Notes under the pieces: model-generated | What the model was told of the DNA's origin: nothing | Seen by the model: the letters and a program-made list of their open reading frames with translations, nothing else | The model's database searches: none | Program-made: the position numbers and the translations under genes | NCBI GenBank assembly: GCA_030650025.1 | Contig: JAUSEN010000009.1 | Coordinates: forward strand, 93,144 to 157,143 | Length of the DNA: 64,000 nt | Direction of reading: 5' to 3' | Source: Candidatus Magasanikiibacteriota bacterium | GTDB lineage: Bacteria > Patescibacteriota > Patescibacteriia > Magasanikbacterales > GWA2-37-8 | Shown: positions 36,898 to 46,954 of the stretch, in pieces | Layout: each line of letters begins with the position of its first letter | Position numbering within the stretch: position 1 is the stretch's first letter

Positions 36898-37269
36898 ATG
36901 ATCCAACATCGTTCCATGATCAAAGTCGCGGATAATACCGGAGCCAAAAAGCTCCAGTGTATTCGCGTCTTAGGGGGCTACAAAAAACGCTATGCTCGCC
37001 TTGGTGACGTTATTACCTGCGTGGTTAAAGAAGCGGCGCCGCGCGGTTTAGTTAAAAAAAGCGATATCGTGCACGCGGTTTTGGTTCGTATTCATAAAGA
37101 AACCCGCCGCGTTGACGGCACCTATATTCGTTTCGATGAAAATGCCGCTGTAATTATTGACCGGGCCAGCAAAGAACCCAAGGGCACTCGTATTTTTGGT
37201 CCGATCGCGCGCGAGCTGCGCAGTATGGGTTTTCAAAAAATAATTTCTTTAGCGCCTGAAGTAGTATGA
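36898..37269 (+). CDS. rplN: 50S ribosomal protein L14
   Basis: [21 protein letters not shown]. Confidence 0.98.
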   Translation: MIQHRSMIKVADNTGAKKLQCIRVLGGYKKRYARLGDVITCVVKEAAPRGLVKKSDIVHAVLVRIHKETRRVDGTYIRFDENAAVIIDRASKEPKGTRIFGPIARELRSMGFQKIISLAPEVV

Positions 37270-37580
37270 AATTAAAGACCAACGACAATGTAAAAATTTT
37301 AAGCGGCAAGGACCGTGGCAAAACCGGCAAGATTATTCAGGTTTTTTCCGCCGAAGGCAAAATCGTAGTGGAAGGCGTTAATAAAATCAAGCGCCATCTT
37401 AAAGCTAAAGGCCAGGGCCAAAGCCAAAAAGGCCAGGTTTTAGAACTCTCGGCCCCTATTCCAGCTTCGCGCGTAGCTTTAATCTGTCCCAAGTGTAGTC
37501 AACCAATTCGAGTTGGCTACAAAACCGAAGCGGGCGTAAAAAAGCGCGTTTGCCGTAAATGTAAAGAATATGTCGACTAA
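37266..37580 (+). CDS. rplX: 50S ribosomal protein L24 (with CxxC pairs)
   Basis: [13 protein letters not shown]. Confidence 0.97.
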   Translation: MKLKTNDNVKILSGKDRGKTGKIIQVFSAEGKIVVEGVNKIKRHLKAKGQGQSQKGQVLELSAPIPASRVALICPKCSQPIRVGYKTEAGVKKRVCRKCKEYVD

Positions 37581-37593
37581 CCCTAGGGTCAAT

Positions 37594-38148
37594 ATGGAAT
37601 CCTTATATCAAATCTATTTAAAAACAGTGGTGCCTAAACTCAAGACTGAACTGGGCTATAAAAATGTTATGCAAGTTCCGCGCGTCACTAAAGTGGTGCT
37701 CAACGCTGGTATCGGCCGTTTTATAAAAGACGCTGGTTTTATTGAAACTGTCGAAACCACCCTGTCGCGCATTACCGGCCAAAAGCCAGTGCGCACCAAA
37801 TCCAAGAAGTCAATTTCCAACTTTAAAATTCGCGAAGGCCAGGAAATTGGCGTCATGGTCACTCTGCGCGGCAAACGCATGTACCAATTTTTAGAAAAAT
37901 TAGTCCGGGTTACTTTCCCGCGGGTACGCGATTTTCGTGGTATCCCGAGCACGGCTTTTGACCGTCAAGGCAATTACACGATTGGATTTAAAGAGCATAT
38001 TGCCTTTCCCGAAGTTAAGACCGAAGAAATTGACAAGATCCACGGCCTCCAGGTTATTATCGGCACCACGGCAAAAAATCAGGAGCAAGGCCGCGCGCTC
38101 CTTAAAGCCCTGGGTTTTCCCTTTGCAAACAGTCTTAAAAAATCTTAA
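37594..38148 (+). CDS. rplE: 50S ribosomal protein L5
   Basis: ITGQKP, PRVRDFRG. Confidence 0.98.
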   Translation: MESLYQIYLKTVVPKLKTELGYKNVMQVPRVTKVVLNAGIGRFIKDAGFIETVETTLSRITGQKPVRTKSKKSISNFKIREGQEIGVMVTLRGKRMYQFLEKLVRVTFPRVRDFRGIPSTAFDRQGNYTIGFKEHIAFPEVKTEEIDKIHGLQVIIGTTAKNQEQGRALLKALGFPFANSLKKS

Positions 38149-38165
38149 AACCACCGCAATAATCT

Positions 38166-38351
38166 ATGGCTACTTGGGCACAAATCAGTAAATCTGCTCG
38201 CAAACCAAAATTTTCTACCCGCCTCGTGCGCCGTTGTTGGCGTTGTGGTCGCGTCCGCGGGTATATGCGCCGTTTTAAATTGTGCCGCATCTGTTTCCGC
38301 GAACTGGCCAATGATGGCAAGATCCCCGGAGTCAGGAAAAGTAGCTGGTAA
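38166..38351 (+). CDS. rpsN: 30S ribosomal protein S14 (Zn-binding type)
   Basis: [15 protein letters not shown]. Confidence 0.97.
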   Translation: MATWAQISKSARKPKFSTRLVRRCWRCGRVRGYMRRFKLCRICFRELANDGKIPGVRKSSW

Positions 38352-38387
38352 TCCGCTTAATATAAAATATTTTCTGAAAACTAACGT

Positions 38388-38777
38388 ATGATGACAGATC
38401 CAATTGCCGACATGCTCACCCGAATCCGCAACGCGGTGGGGGTCAAGAAGAGCGCCGTCACAATTCCTTATTCTAAGCTGAAGAAGTCCATCGGCGAAAT
38501 TTTGGTGCGCGAGGGCTATGTCGCTAAAATCGAAGAAGCCAAGACCCCGAGCCATGTTTTGGTTGTGACCCTTAAGTATAACGGCCCCTCTGGCGCGGTG
38601 CAAAGTTTAAAACGTATCAGCCGCCCGGGTAGCCGCCGCTACGTTAAAAAAGATGATATCGAGAGGGTGCTCAATGGGCTGGGGCTCGCGATTCTTTCCA
38701 CGCCCCGCGGCGTCATGACTGATAGCGACGCTATCAAGGCTGGGGTTGGCGGCGAGCTCCTCTGTGAAATTTACTAA
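38388..38777 (+). CDS. rpsH: 30S ribosomal protein S8
   Basis: DPIADMLTRIRN. Confidence 0.98.
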   Translation: MMTDPIADMLTRIRNAVGVKKSAVTIPYSKLKKSIGEILVREGYVAKIEEAKTPSHVLVVTLKYNGPSGAVQSLKRISRPGSRRYVKKDDIERVLNGLGLAILSTPRGVMTDSDAIKAGVGGELLCEIY

Positions 38778-38789
38778 CGAACAAACAAT

Positions 38790-39338
38790 ATGTCCCGCAT
38801 TGGTAAAAAAATTCGCAATTTCCCCGCTACCGTTTCTGCTGAAGTGAAAAACGGTGAGCTGGTGATTAAGGGCCCAAAAGGCGAACTTAAGCAACGCCTG
38901 CACCCGCATGTTTCGGTTGTTATTCAAAACAATGCTATTGAGGTTAAGGTAGCGAGCGAGGCGGCCAAACGAGACCGAGCCATTTGGGGTACTTTTTCTA
39001 GCCTTATCAACAACATGATTGTGGGCGTTACGGATGGTTTTAAAAAACAGCTCGAAATTAACGGGGTTGGCTACAAAGCTAATCTCAAAGGCGCTGCTTT
39101 AGTTTTAGAAGTGGGTTTTACGCATTCGGTTACTATAGAGCCAGCTTCCGGTATCAAATTTTCTGTTGAGAAAAATCTTATTACCGTGGAGGGTATCGAC
39201 AAACATATGGTCGGCGAAATGGCCGCGCAAATCCGCAAAGTAAAACCGCCGGAGCCTTACAAGGGAAAAGGCATTAAATATATTGACGAAATAATCCACC
39301 GCAAGGCTGGTAAAACTGCCGCCAAAGCCGCGGCCTAA
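38790..39338 (+). CDS. rplF: 50S ribosomal protein L6
   Basis: MSRIGK, PEPYKGKGI. Confidence 0.98.
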   Translation: MSRIGKKIRNFPATVSAEVKNGELVIKGPKGELKQRLHPHVSVVIQNNAIEVKVASEAAKRDRAIWGTFSSLINNMIVGVTDGFKKQLEINGVGYKANLKGAALVLEVGFTHSVTIEPASGIKFSVEKNLITVEGIDKHMVGEMAAQIRKVKPPEPYKGKGIKYIDEIIHRKAGKTAAKAAA

Positions 39339-39352
39339 AATAGTATTATTCT

Positions 39353-39727
39353 ATGAAACGCCTCATCATCAATAACAAAAATTCTCGCCGTCAGGTTCGG
39401 CACGCCCGCATCCGCCGGGCGCTGAAAGGCTCCGCGGCTCTGCCGCGCCTTTCCGTTTGGCGCGGGCTTCGTTCCACCACCGCCCAAATCATTGATGACT
39501 CCAGCCACCAGACTTTGGTTTATGTTTCAAGCCGCTCGGTTAAAGCTCCAGTCAGTAAAGACAAAACCATCAAAGTAGCTCTAGCTTATGCCGTCGGTGA
39601 GAAGTTAGCCGCCGCCGCGCTTGAGAAAAGCATTACTAAAGTCGTATTTGATCGGGGAGGTTACAGATATCATGGCCGCGTTCAGGCCTTGGCCGAGGGC
39701 GCTCGCGCCGGCGGTCTCAAGTTTTAA
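39353..39727 (+). CDS. rplR: 50S ribosomal protein L18
   Basis: VVFDRGGYRYHGRV. Confidence 0.97.
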   Translation: MKRLIINNKNSRRQVRHARIRRALKGSAALPRLSVWRGLRSTTAQIIDDSSHQTLVYVSSRSVKAPVSKDKTIKVALAYAVGEKLAAAALEKSITKVVFDRGGYRYHGRVQALAEGARAGGLKF

Positions 39728-39739
39728 TATTGATTTTTT

Positions 39740-40291
39740 ATGGATAAAAATTTTTCCAAACGCCGCTCGGATAAACCGCGCGAACGGCCAGAGTTTGACC
39801 AAGAGATTTTAGATCTCGCCCGCGTCACACGCGTTACTAAAGGCGGCAAACAATTAAGCTTTCGCGCTTGCGTGATTTTGGGCGATCGCCATGGTAGAGT
39901 GGGCTTAGGTTTAGCCAAAGGTAAAGATGTGCAAAAGGCGGTTGATAAATCCGTGCGCCAAGCTAAAAAGAACATGATTAAAGTGCCAATCGTTAAGGAA
40001 ACTATTCCGCACCATGTCGTAATAAAGTTTAAAGCCACCGCCATCATGTTGAAACCAGCCCCGCGCGGCTCTGGTATTATCGCGGGTGGCGCGGCGCGCG
40101 CCGTGCTCGAGCTCGCGGGCGTTCCGAATGTCTCTTCCAAAATTTTAGGTAAAACTAAAAATAAAATCGTCGTGGCTAAAGCGACCATGGCGGCGCTTGC
40201 CAGTTTTAAGCGTGGCCGCACTGTTAAACAATCGTTTCAGGCTCCGGTTGCGCCCCTAGTTTCAGAAATTAACGCCATTACCGCTGTTTAA
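39740..40291 (+). CDS. rpsE: 30S ribosomal protein S5
   Basis: RVTRVTKGG, GSGIIAGG. Confidence 0.97.
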   Translation: MDKNFSKRRSDKPRERPEFDQEILDLARVTRVTKGGKQLSFRACVILGDRHGRVGLGLAKGKDVQKAVDKSVRQAKKNMIKVPIVKETIPHHVVIKFKATAIMLKPAPRGSGIIAGGAARAVLELAGVPNVSSKILGKTKNKIVVAKATMAALASFKRGRTVKQSFQAPVAPLVSEINAITAV

Positions 40292-40299
40292 TTATTTAT

Positions 40300-40737
40300 A
40301 TGCTCCAAGCTCATACTTTAAAACCAAAACACGGCTCTAAACATCGCGCTAAAGTAGTTGGCCGCGGCAATGCTTCGGGCCACGGCACTATGTCCACCCG
40401 GGGTGGCAAAGGCCAAACCGCTCGTTCCGGCGGATCCGCGGGTCTGCGTACTAAAGCCTTCAAACAAATGATGCAGTCCGTGCCTAAACTGCGCGGTTTT
40501 CACACGCAATTTGTCAAACCGAGCGAAGTTTATCTTTCTGATCTAGACAAGCATTTTGCATCTGGCGATATTGTTACTCTCGCTACTCTCAAAGCCAAAA
40601 ATATTATTAACAACACTGCCAAGCAAGCCAAGGTAGTGCAAACCGGCGAATTGAAGAAAAATTTAACTATTCAAGGGCTCTTGGCCACCCCAGGCGCCGC
40701 GGCTAAGATTAAAGCCGCCGGTGGTGAACTTAAATAA
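40300..40737 (+). CDS. rplO: 50S ribosomal protein L15
   Basis: GRGNASGHG, GGKGQTARSG; follows rpsE directly with no rpmD. Confidence 0.96.
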   Translation: MLQAHTLKPKHGSKHRAKVVGRGNASGHGTMSTRGGKGQTARSGGSAGLRTKAFKQMMQSVPKLRGFHTQFVKPSEVYLSDLDKHFASGDIVTLATLKAKNIINNTAKQAKVVQTGELKKNLTIQGLLATPGAAAKIKAAGGELK

Positions 40738-40750
40738 TTATTTTTAATGC

Positions 40751-40830
40751 TGTCATTCTGAGCGAAGCGAAGAATCTAAGCGTCTCAACGCTTATAACCA
40801 CTTAGATCTTTCGCTTCGCTCAAGATGACA
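40751..40830. repeat. TGTCATTCTGAG..CTCAAGATGACA repeat
   Basis: Between rplO and secY. Confidence 0.9.
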
Positions 40831-40837
40831 TATTCAT

Positions 40838-42112
40838 ATGTGGGAGCGTTTTGTAAGGGTTTGGAAAATTAAGGACATTCGCAATAACCTATTATTTGTC
40901 ATTGCTCTTTTGGTTATTTTTCGTTTAGTGGCGCACATTCCTATTCCGGGCGTTAATATTGGCAACCTCCGAAATTATCTCGCCGGTAATCAAATCCTCG
41001 GCCTCTTGAATGTTTTCTCCGGTGGCACTCTGCAAAATTTTTCCATTGTCATGCTCGGCGTCGGCCCTTATATTACCTCTTCCATCATCTTCCAGCTTTT
41101 AGCTATGATTGTGCCGAGTCTAGAGGAGTTGTCTAAAGAAGGCGAGAGCGGCCAGCAAAAAATCAGCCTTTATACTCGCTGGCTCGCGGTACCATTGGCT
41201 TTTTTGCAGTCCTTTGCCATGATCAAGTTACTGAATCAGTCCGGCGCCGCGATTTTGAGCAACCTCACCCCGTTTCGCACCATTGCCATCATGTTCACTA
41301 TCTCGGCTGGCACCATGTTTTTAATGTGGATTGGCGAATTAATTTCCGAAAAAAAGGTGGGTAATGGCGTTTCCCTCTTAATCTTTGCCGGTATCGTGGC
41401 GGCTTTGCCCGGGAGCGTGCGCAATCTTTTAGTTAACTATGACCCTTCGCAATTATACACGTACGTTATGTTTATTGCCGTCGCTGTTCTTACGGTTGTT
41501 GGTGTGGTTTTTATCAACGAGGGCCAGCGCAACATCCCCGTATCTTATGCCAAGCAGGTGCGCGGCAATCGCATTTACGGCGGCACGAGCACGCACTTGC
41601 CCCTACGCGTTAACATGGCTGGCGTTATTCCCATCATCTTCGCGGTTTCGCTCATCCTTTTTCCTTCCATGATCGCGCAATTTTTTGTCACGGCGCGTTC
41701 GGCTTGGATGGCGGGTTTTGCCTCCGGCACTATTAGACTTTTCCAAAATCAATATTTTTACAACACTTTGTATTTCTTGTTAGTTTGCGGTTTTACTTAC
41801 TTCTACACCGCGGTTGTTTTCCAACCTCAAAAAATGGCCGAGAATCTCCAAAAGCAGGGAGGCTTTATTCCTGGCATTCGCCCGGGCAAAGAAACCGAAG
41901 GCTACCTGGCCTCAACCATGAATCGCCTTAATTTTACCGGCGCTATGTTTCTGGGTGTAATCGCGGTTTTGCCGCTACTCGTCGGCAGTCTGACTGGCAC
42001 GCAATCTCTTCAAATTGGCGGCACTAGCATTTTAATCGTAGTCGCTGTCGCCATTGAAACCGCCAAACAAATCGAGTCCCAGCTTACCATGCACGAATAC
42101 GATTCAGTTTAG
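40838..42112 (+). CDS. secY: Preprotein translocase SecY
   Basis: LGVGPYITSSII, AGVIPIIFA, FIPGIRPG. Confidence 0.98.
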   Translation: MWERFVRVWKIKDIRNNLLFVIALLVIFRLVAHIPIPGVNIGNLRNYLAGNQILGLLNVFSGGTLQNFSIVMLGVGPYITSSIIFQLLAMIVPSLEELSKEGESGQQKISLYTRWLAVPLAFLQSFAMIKLLNQSGAAILSNLTPFRTIAIMFTISAGTMFLMWIGELISEKKVGNGVSLLIFAGIVAALPGSVRNLLVNYDPSQLYTYVMFIAVAVLTVVGVVFINEGQRNIPVSYAKQVRGNRIYGGTSTHLPLRVNMAGVIPIIFAVSLILFPSMIAQFFVTARSAWMAGFASGTIRLFQNQYFYNTLYFLLVCGFTYFYTAVVFQPQKMAENLQKQGGFIPGIRPGKETEGYLASTMNRLNFTGAMFLGVIAVLPLLVGSLTGTQSLQIGGTSILIVVAVAIETAKQIESQLTMHEYDSV

Positions 42113-42154
42113 GCTCTTGACATTGCCCTCGGTGTGTAGCTATACTTAAAGTGT

Positions 42155-42322
42155 ATGAACGAAGACTTAGTTTTAAACAAATTGTTAGAGCACGATAAAC
42201 GGTTTGAGCGTCTGGACAATAAAGTAGATGGTACGATGACCAAAGAAGATGGGCAAAGAATAATGAGCACGCTTGAGCAGGTGGTAGTAATAGTGAAAAA
42301 AATCCAACTGCAAATGGCGTAA
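42155..42322 (+). CDS. Small coiled-coil-like protein (55 aa), possibly truncated
   Basis: MNEDLVLNKLLEHDKRFERLDNKV.. after TTGACA-18-TATACT. Confidence 0.5.
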   Translation: MNEDLVLNKLLEHDKRFERLDNKVDGTMTKEDGQRIMSTLEQVVVIVKKIQLQMA

Positions 42323-42461
42323 GCAGTCAAGTACGTTTCTACAATGGCTAGTTTAGCCATTTTTTGTTATAAAAACCAAAATTATTAAACCTGTTTTTTG
42401 TTTGCCAAATTAAAAAAAATTTGCTAAGATTACACTGTTCATTATTTAATTTGCCGTAAAT

Positions 42462-42752
42462 ATGGGCTTTTTTTCCTCTGTCAAATACTCTACTGTCGAG
42501 CATTATTTAACCGAGCACGACGTTAAACGTGTAATTACGTATATCAAAATCCCAACCTTGGCTAGTCACCCGGAGCGCGACCGGTTGATTCAGGATGCTA
42601 TTTTAGGGCGTCGCCGCGGTGATGGCAAAATTTCGCTTCAGCAAATCTACGATGTTTTAACAAGTTTAAAAAATGCTAATCAGATAACTAAATACGATCG
42701 CGCTGAAGTAATGAAAGAGATGAAATTGTTTTATGAACAGAAAGATGCATAA
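42462..42752 (+). CDS. Hypothetical protein
   Basis: 96-aa ORF. Confidence 0.65.
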   Translation: MGFFSSVKYSTVEHYLTEHDVKRVITYIKIPTLASHPERDRLIQDAILGRRRGDGKISLQQIYDVLTSLKNANQITKYDRAEVMKEMKLFYEQKDA

Positions 42753-42755
42753 TTT

Positions 42756-42824
42756 TGTCATTCCCGCGCCAGCGGGAATCTAGTTTTTTTAAAACGCTGG
42801 ATCCGCGCTGGCGCGGGGATGACA
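42756..42824. repeat. TGTCATTCCCGCG palindromic repeat
   Basis: Same family as 6925. Confidence 0.85.
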
Positions 42825-42839
42825 GCAAAGCATAGGATC

Positions 42840-43499
42840 ATGAAAAAAATTATTATTTTACTGGGGCCACCGGGGAGCGGCAAAGGCACCCAGGCCAAAA
42901 TTATCGCCACCAATCATAGTTACGGTCATATTTCCACCGGTGATTTATTGCGCGCGCTTTCTACTCGCCACGACCTCGATGCCGATGAAACTAAAGCGCT
43001 ACGCGAAATGTCTTTCGGGCGCTTGGTCCCGGATTGGCTTATTTATAAACTCGCTTTTGCCGCCGCCGACCAATATTTAAATAATAATCAGGGTGTAGTT
43101 TTCGACGGCGCCATTCGCAACATTTCGCAGGCTCAAGTTTACCAAGAATATTTTTTTGGCAAAAATTTAGCAACCGAAGTTTTGGCGCTGGAGGTCTCTT
43201 TACCAGATGCCCAATCATTTTTGCGCCTTACCGAGCGGAAAATTTGCCGGAATTGCGGAGCGATTTTTGCGCTAGCCAGCGCGCCCGGCGGCCTCTGTGC
43301 TAATTGCGGCGGCGCGTTAATTAGCCGCGCTGATGATAATATCGACGTCGTTAAAAAACGCATTCAGGAACAAGGTAATGCCGCCCTTGAACCGCTCCGT
43401 GAGTTTTATAAAAATCAGAATGCCTACAGCGCAGTGGACGGCCGCGCTACAGTTGATGATGTTAGCCGCCAGATCGAAACGGTTTTGGCGGCTACCTAA
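42840..43499 (+). CDS. adk: Adenylate kinase
   Basis: GPPGSGKGTQA, HISTGDLLR, Zn lid, RADD. Confidence 0.95.
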   Translation: MKKIIILLGPPGSGKGTQAKIIATNHSYGHISTGDLLRALSTRHDLDADETKALREMSFGRLVPDWLIYKLAFAAADQYLNNNQGVVFDGAIRNISQAQVYQEYFFGKNLATEVLALEVSLPDAQSFLRLTERKICRNCGAIFALASAPGGLCANCGGALISRADDNIDVVKKRIQEQGNAALEPLREFYKNQNAYSAVDGRATVDDVSRQIETVLAAT

Positions 43500-43502
43500 A
43501 TT

Positions 43503-44324
43503 ATGCTTATCAAATCACCAATCGATCTAAAAAATTTAAAAACCAGCGGCCAGTTAATGGGCAAAGTTCTGGAGCAACTCTCGGCTTTTTGTAAAATAGG
43601 CATGACTACGGCCGCTCTCGATGCTGAAGCGGAGCGTTTAATTTTGGCTTGCGGCGGGAGCCCGGCCTTTAAAGGCTATCATACCGGCGCCGCTCCGGCG
43701 CCCTTTCCCGCTTCAGTTTGTGTCTCCCTCAATGATGAATTGGTTCACGGTATTCCGAGTCGTGAGCGAATAATCAAAGTTGGCGACGTCGTGAGCCTAG
43801 ACATTGGCATGAAATGGGCTCCTAAAAAAATTATTTCCCGTAAAAAAAATATTGATTCTGGCGTATTTACCGATACCGCTGTCACGTTTATAATGGGTAA
43901 ACCAAAATCAGAAGCTGTTAAATTACTGGACGTTACCCGCCAGTCTCTGGAAGCAGGCATCAAGGCCGCGCAGCCCGGCTCTAGTGTCGCCGCCATCGGT
44001 AAAGCCGTGGAGTCTTATGTAAAATCCCAAGGCAATTATGGAATCGTCCGCGATTTAGTTGGCCACGGCGTGGGCCACGCTGTCCACGAAGAGCCGTATA
44101 TCCCGAATTATTACGATCCCAGTTTAGAAAATATTAAACTTGTCCCGGGCATGGTGATCGCGATTGAACCCATGATCGCGCTTGGCGACTGGCGGGTGGT
44201 TACCAAACCCGACGGTTGGACTATTAAGATGAAGGACAATTCACTCTGCGCGCATTTCGAACACACACTAATTATTACAAATAAAGGAAATATTGTAGTA
44301 ACACGCCGCCCAGAAGAAAAATAA
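43503..44324 (+). CDS. map: Methionine aminopeptidase
   Basis: VHGIP, GHGVG, HEEP, AIEPM, AHFEHT. Confidence 0.97.
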   Translation: MLIKSPIDLKNLKTSGQLMGKVLEQLSAFCKIGMTTAALDAEAERLILACGGSPAFKGYHTGAAPAPFPASVCVSLNDELVHGIPSRERIIKVGDVVSLDIGMKWAPKKIISRKKNIDSGVFTDTAVTFIMGKPKSEAVKLLDVTRQSLEAGIKAAQPGSSVAAIGKAVESYVKSQGNYGIVRDLVGHGVGHAVHEEPYIPNYYDPSLENIKLVPGMVIAIEPMIALGDWRVVTKPDGWTIKMKDNSLCAHFEHTLIITNKGNIVVTRRPEEK

Positions 44325-44336
44325 CGCCGCGCTTCT

Positions 44337-44726
44337 ATGAAAATTCTCGCCGTTGATTTTGGACAAAAACGCCTCGGCCTCGCTTTTAGCGACATTAATT
44401 TAGATATGGTATTGCCGTTTGGTTTGGTAGTCAAGCGTACTCTTACCGCCCAAGTCAGAGAATTGGCCGCGCTGATTAATAAAGAGGGGGTTAAGCAGGT
44501 GGTGGTGGGGTTTCCGGTTTCTCAAAATGGCCAGGAAAACAAAAACACCGAGCGCGTTAAACAATTCGTTTATGAACTGGGCAAATTAATAGCAGTGCCG
44601 ATTGCATATTTTGACGAACGTTTTACCTCGCAGGCCGCTGATGCCATGGGTGGTAATGTGACGCGGGACGAAAAATCCGCCATGCAAATTTTGGAAGGGT
44701 ACTTGATAAGAAATAAAAAAACATAA
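44337..44726 (+). CDS. yqgF: YqgF/RuvX family nuclease
   Basis: LAVDFGQKRLGLA, DERFTS. Confidence 0.92.
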   Translation: MKILAVDFGQKRLGLAFSDINLDMVLPFGLVVKRTLTAQVRELAALINKEGVKQVVVGFPVSQNGQENKNTERVKQFVYELGKLIAVPIAYFDERFTSQAADAMGGNVTRDEKSAMQILEGYLIRNKKT

Positions 44727-44728
44727 GA

Positions 44729-44813
44729 CGTCATTGCGAGGAGCGTAGCGACGAAGCAATCTTTCACTAGTCATGAGATCGCCACGACTCGCTTTGCGGG
44801 TCTCGCGATGACA
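44729..44813. repeat. CGTC-tagged palindromic repeat
   Basis: CGTCATTGCGAGGAGCGTAGCGACGAAGCAATC..CTCGCGATGACA. Confidence 0.85.
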
Positions 44814-44820
44814 AACACAT

Positions 44821-45558
44821 ATGCAAGCTATCGTACTATCTAGGCGGCCGTGGCGCGACCACGACGAAGTTATTACGCTTTTTACCGATGAACTTGGTAA
44901 GATAGAAGCGCTGGCGCGCGGCAGTAAAAAAATTATTTCTAAAAATTCTCCTTCTTTAGAGCCGCCCTCTCTTTGCCAGGTGTCCTTAATTCCTGCTAAA
45001 GAAAATTGGTTGCTAACCACTGCCGAGGCGGTTACCAGTTTTTCGAATATCCGGCAAAATTTAGAGAAGGCTTTGGTTGCCGCGCGTTCCTGTGCCGTGA
45101 TTGAAAAAATATTACCACCAGCCGAGCCCGACAGCGAATTATTTAATAATTTTAAAGATTGGCTAATTTTTTTAGAGAGCGCCACTCTCGGGCTAACGTC
45201 GCTGTATCCGGCTTTTATTCTTAAACTGGTTGGCCACTCTGGTTTTCGCCCAAATTTATACGCCTGCGCCGAGTGCGCCGAGGATAAATTGCCCAAGCTT
45301 AATTTATATTTCTCTGTTTCCTCGGGCGGGCTTTTATGTGAGGCTTGCGCTACTGGATCCGTTCTTTCCGGGCAACCTCCACAACCCATCTTTAAGATCT
45401 CGACCGATGTTGTGAAGGCGCTACGCTTATATTTAGTTGGCTCTTGGGATGTAATTAGCCGGCTTAAATTAAGTGAAGAAAATTTAAAGCAGATTACGGC
45501 TGTTATCAAGAATTTTTTTGAATTTCATTTCGCGCAAAAAATAAATATTTTTATCTAA
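44821..45558 (+). CDS. recO: DNA repair protein RecO
   Basis: LFTDELGKIEALARG, CAEC..GGLLCEAC. Confidence 0.9.
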   Translation: MQAIVLSRRPWRDHDEVITLFTDELGKIEALARGSKKIISKNSPSLEPPSLCQVSLIPAKENWLLTTAEAVTSFSNIRQNLEKALVAARSCAVIEKILPPAEPDSELFNNFKDWLIFLESATLGLTSLYPAFILKLVGHSGFRPNLYACAECAEDKLPKLNLYFSVSSGGLLCEACATGSVLSGQPPQPIFKISTDVVKALRLYLVGSWDVISRLKLSEENLKQITAVIKNFFEFHFAQKINIFI

Positions 45559-45640
45559 AAAAATTACAGTCAGTTCTTGCGGAATTTAGCTAGCTGTAGT
45601 ACAATTTAGAGCATAAGTTGCAATATAAAAACCTTGATTT

Positions 45641-46933
45641 ATGGAAGTTTTTATTCCTCAAATGGCCGAGCAAGTTGGCCAAAATGTTACTCTCCAAGGC
45701 TGGCTGAACAATAAGCGCAGTAGCGGCCCGATTAGCTTTTTAGAAATTAGGGATGGCCAGGGTTTTGTCCAAGCAGTCGCCGCTAAGAAAGATTTATCAG
45801 AAACAATCTGGGCTGAAGTCGAGAAAGCGACTCAAGAATCTTCGGTTATAATTTCTGGAGTTGTTGCTAAGCACCCCAAGCGCGAGGGCGTTTATGAACT
45901 GCAAGTGACAGATTTTAAAATTATTCAGCTCGCGCACGATTATCCAATCGCTAAAAAAGATCACGGCCCGGATTTTTTAATGGACCACCGCCACTTGTGG
46001 CTCCGCAGTCGCCGCCAGTGGGCGATACTGCGTATTCGCGACGCTATCAAAACCGCTATTCACGCTTATTTGCATCAGGAAAAATTTATCAGCGTGGATT
46101 CACCGATTTTTACTCCCAACGCCTGTGAAGGCGCTACTACCTTGTTTAAAATTCCCTACTTTGATTTAGGCGATGCCTACCTCTCGCAATCCGGCCAGCT
46201 TTATATTGAAGCCGCCATTGCTTCTGTCGGGCGGTGCTACGATTTTGGGCCGGTCTTCCGAGCCGAAAAAAGCAAAACCAAACGCCACCTCACGGAATTT
46301 TGGATGATGGACGCCGAAGGAGCGTTTATGGATCACGAAGCTAATCTCAAGAATCAAGAAGGATTGGTGCGCGCCATAATCCGCCATTGTTTAGCCAATT
46401 GCCAAGCAGAGCTGGCTATTCTAGAGCGTAATATTGACAATCTTAAAAAAGCTGACGCGCCGTTTACACGCTACACTTATACCGAGGCAATCAAAAAATT
46501 GCATGAACTGGGGAGCGATATTAAATTTGGCGAAGATTTAGGCAACGATGACGAAGGTTTGCTCACCAAAGATAGCGCCGTGCCCATATTTATCGAAAAA
46601 TGGCCAAAATCAATTAAGCCATTTTATATGAAACGAGATCCCAATAATCCGGACCTGGTTTTAAACGACGATCTCATCGCTACCGAAGGCGGTGGCGAAA
46701 TAATTGGTGGTTCCGAGCGTGAAGATGATTTTGATTTGCTTTCAGAAAAAATCGCGGCCGAAGGTTTGCTAGGAGAAGAATACCAGTGGTATCTTGATCT
46801 GCGCCGCTATGGCGCCGTGCCGCACTCTGGCTTTGGCATTGGTCTAGAGCGCGTCGTGCGCTGGATCTCCGGCACCGAGCATATTCGCGAGTGTATTCCC
46901 TTTCCGCGCACGATTGGAAGATTGCGGCCATAA
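45641..46933 (+). CDS. asnS: Asparaginyl-tRNA synthetase
   Basis: RHLWLR, LSQSGQLY, FRAEKSKTKRHLTEFWM, PHSGFGIGLER. Confidence 0.96.
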   Translation: MEVFIPQMAEQVGQNVTLQGWLNNKRSSGPISFLEIRDGQGFVQAVAAKKDLSETIWAEVEKATQESSVIISGVVAKHPKREGVYELQVTDFKIIQLAHDYPIAKKDHGPDFLMDHRHLWLRSRRQWAILRIRDAIKTAIHAYLHQEKFISVDSPIFTPNACEGATTLFKIPYFDLGDAYLSQSGQLYIEAAIASVGRCYDFGPVFRAEKSKTKRHLTEFWMMDAEGAFMDHEANLKNQEGLVRAIIRHCLANCQAELAILERNIDNLKKADAPFTRYTYTEAIKKLHELGSDIKFGEDLGNDDEGLLTKDSAVPIFIEKWPKSIKPFYMKRDPNNPDLVLNDDLIATEGGGEIIGGSEREDDFDLLSEKIAAEGLLGEEYQWYLDLRRYGAVPHSGFGIGLERVVRWISGTEHIRECIPFPRTIGRLRP

Positions 46934-46954
46934 AATTAAAAAAATTGGCTAAAA

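Noticed and set aside
30036-45509. Long antisense ORFs (30036..30857, 39724..40221, 44586..45509)
   Set aside because: Antisense to tuf, rpsE and recO, with no protein-like features
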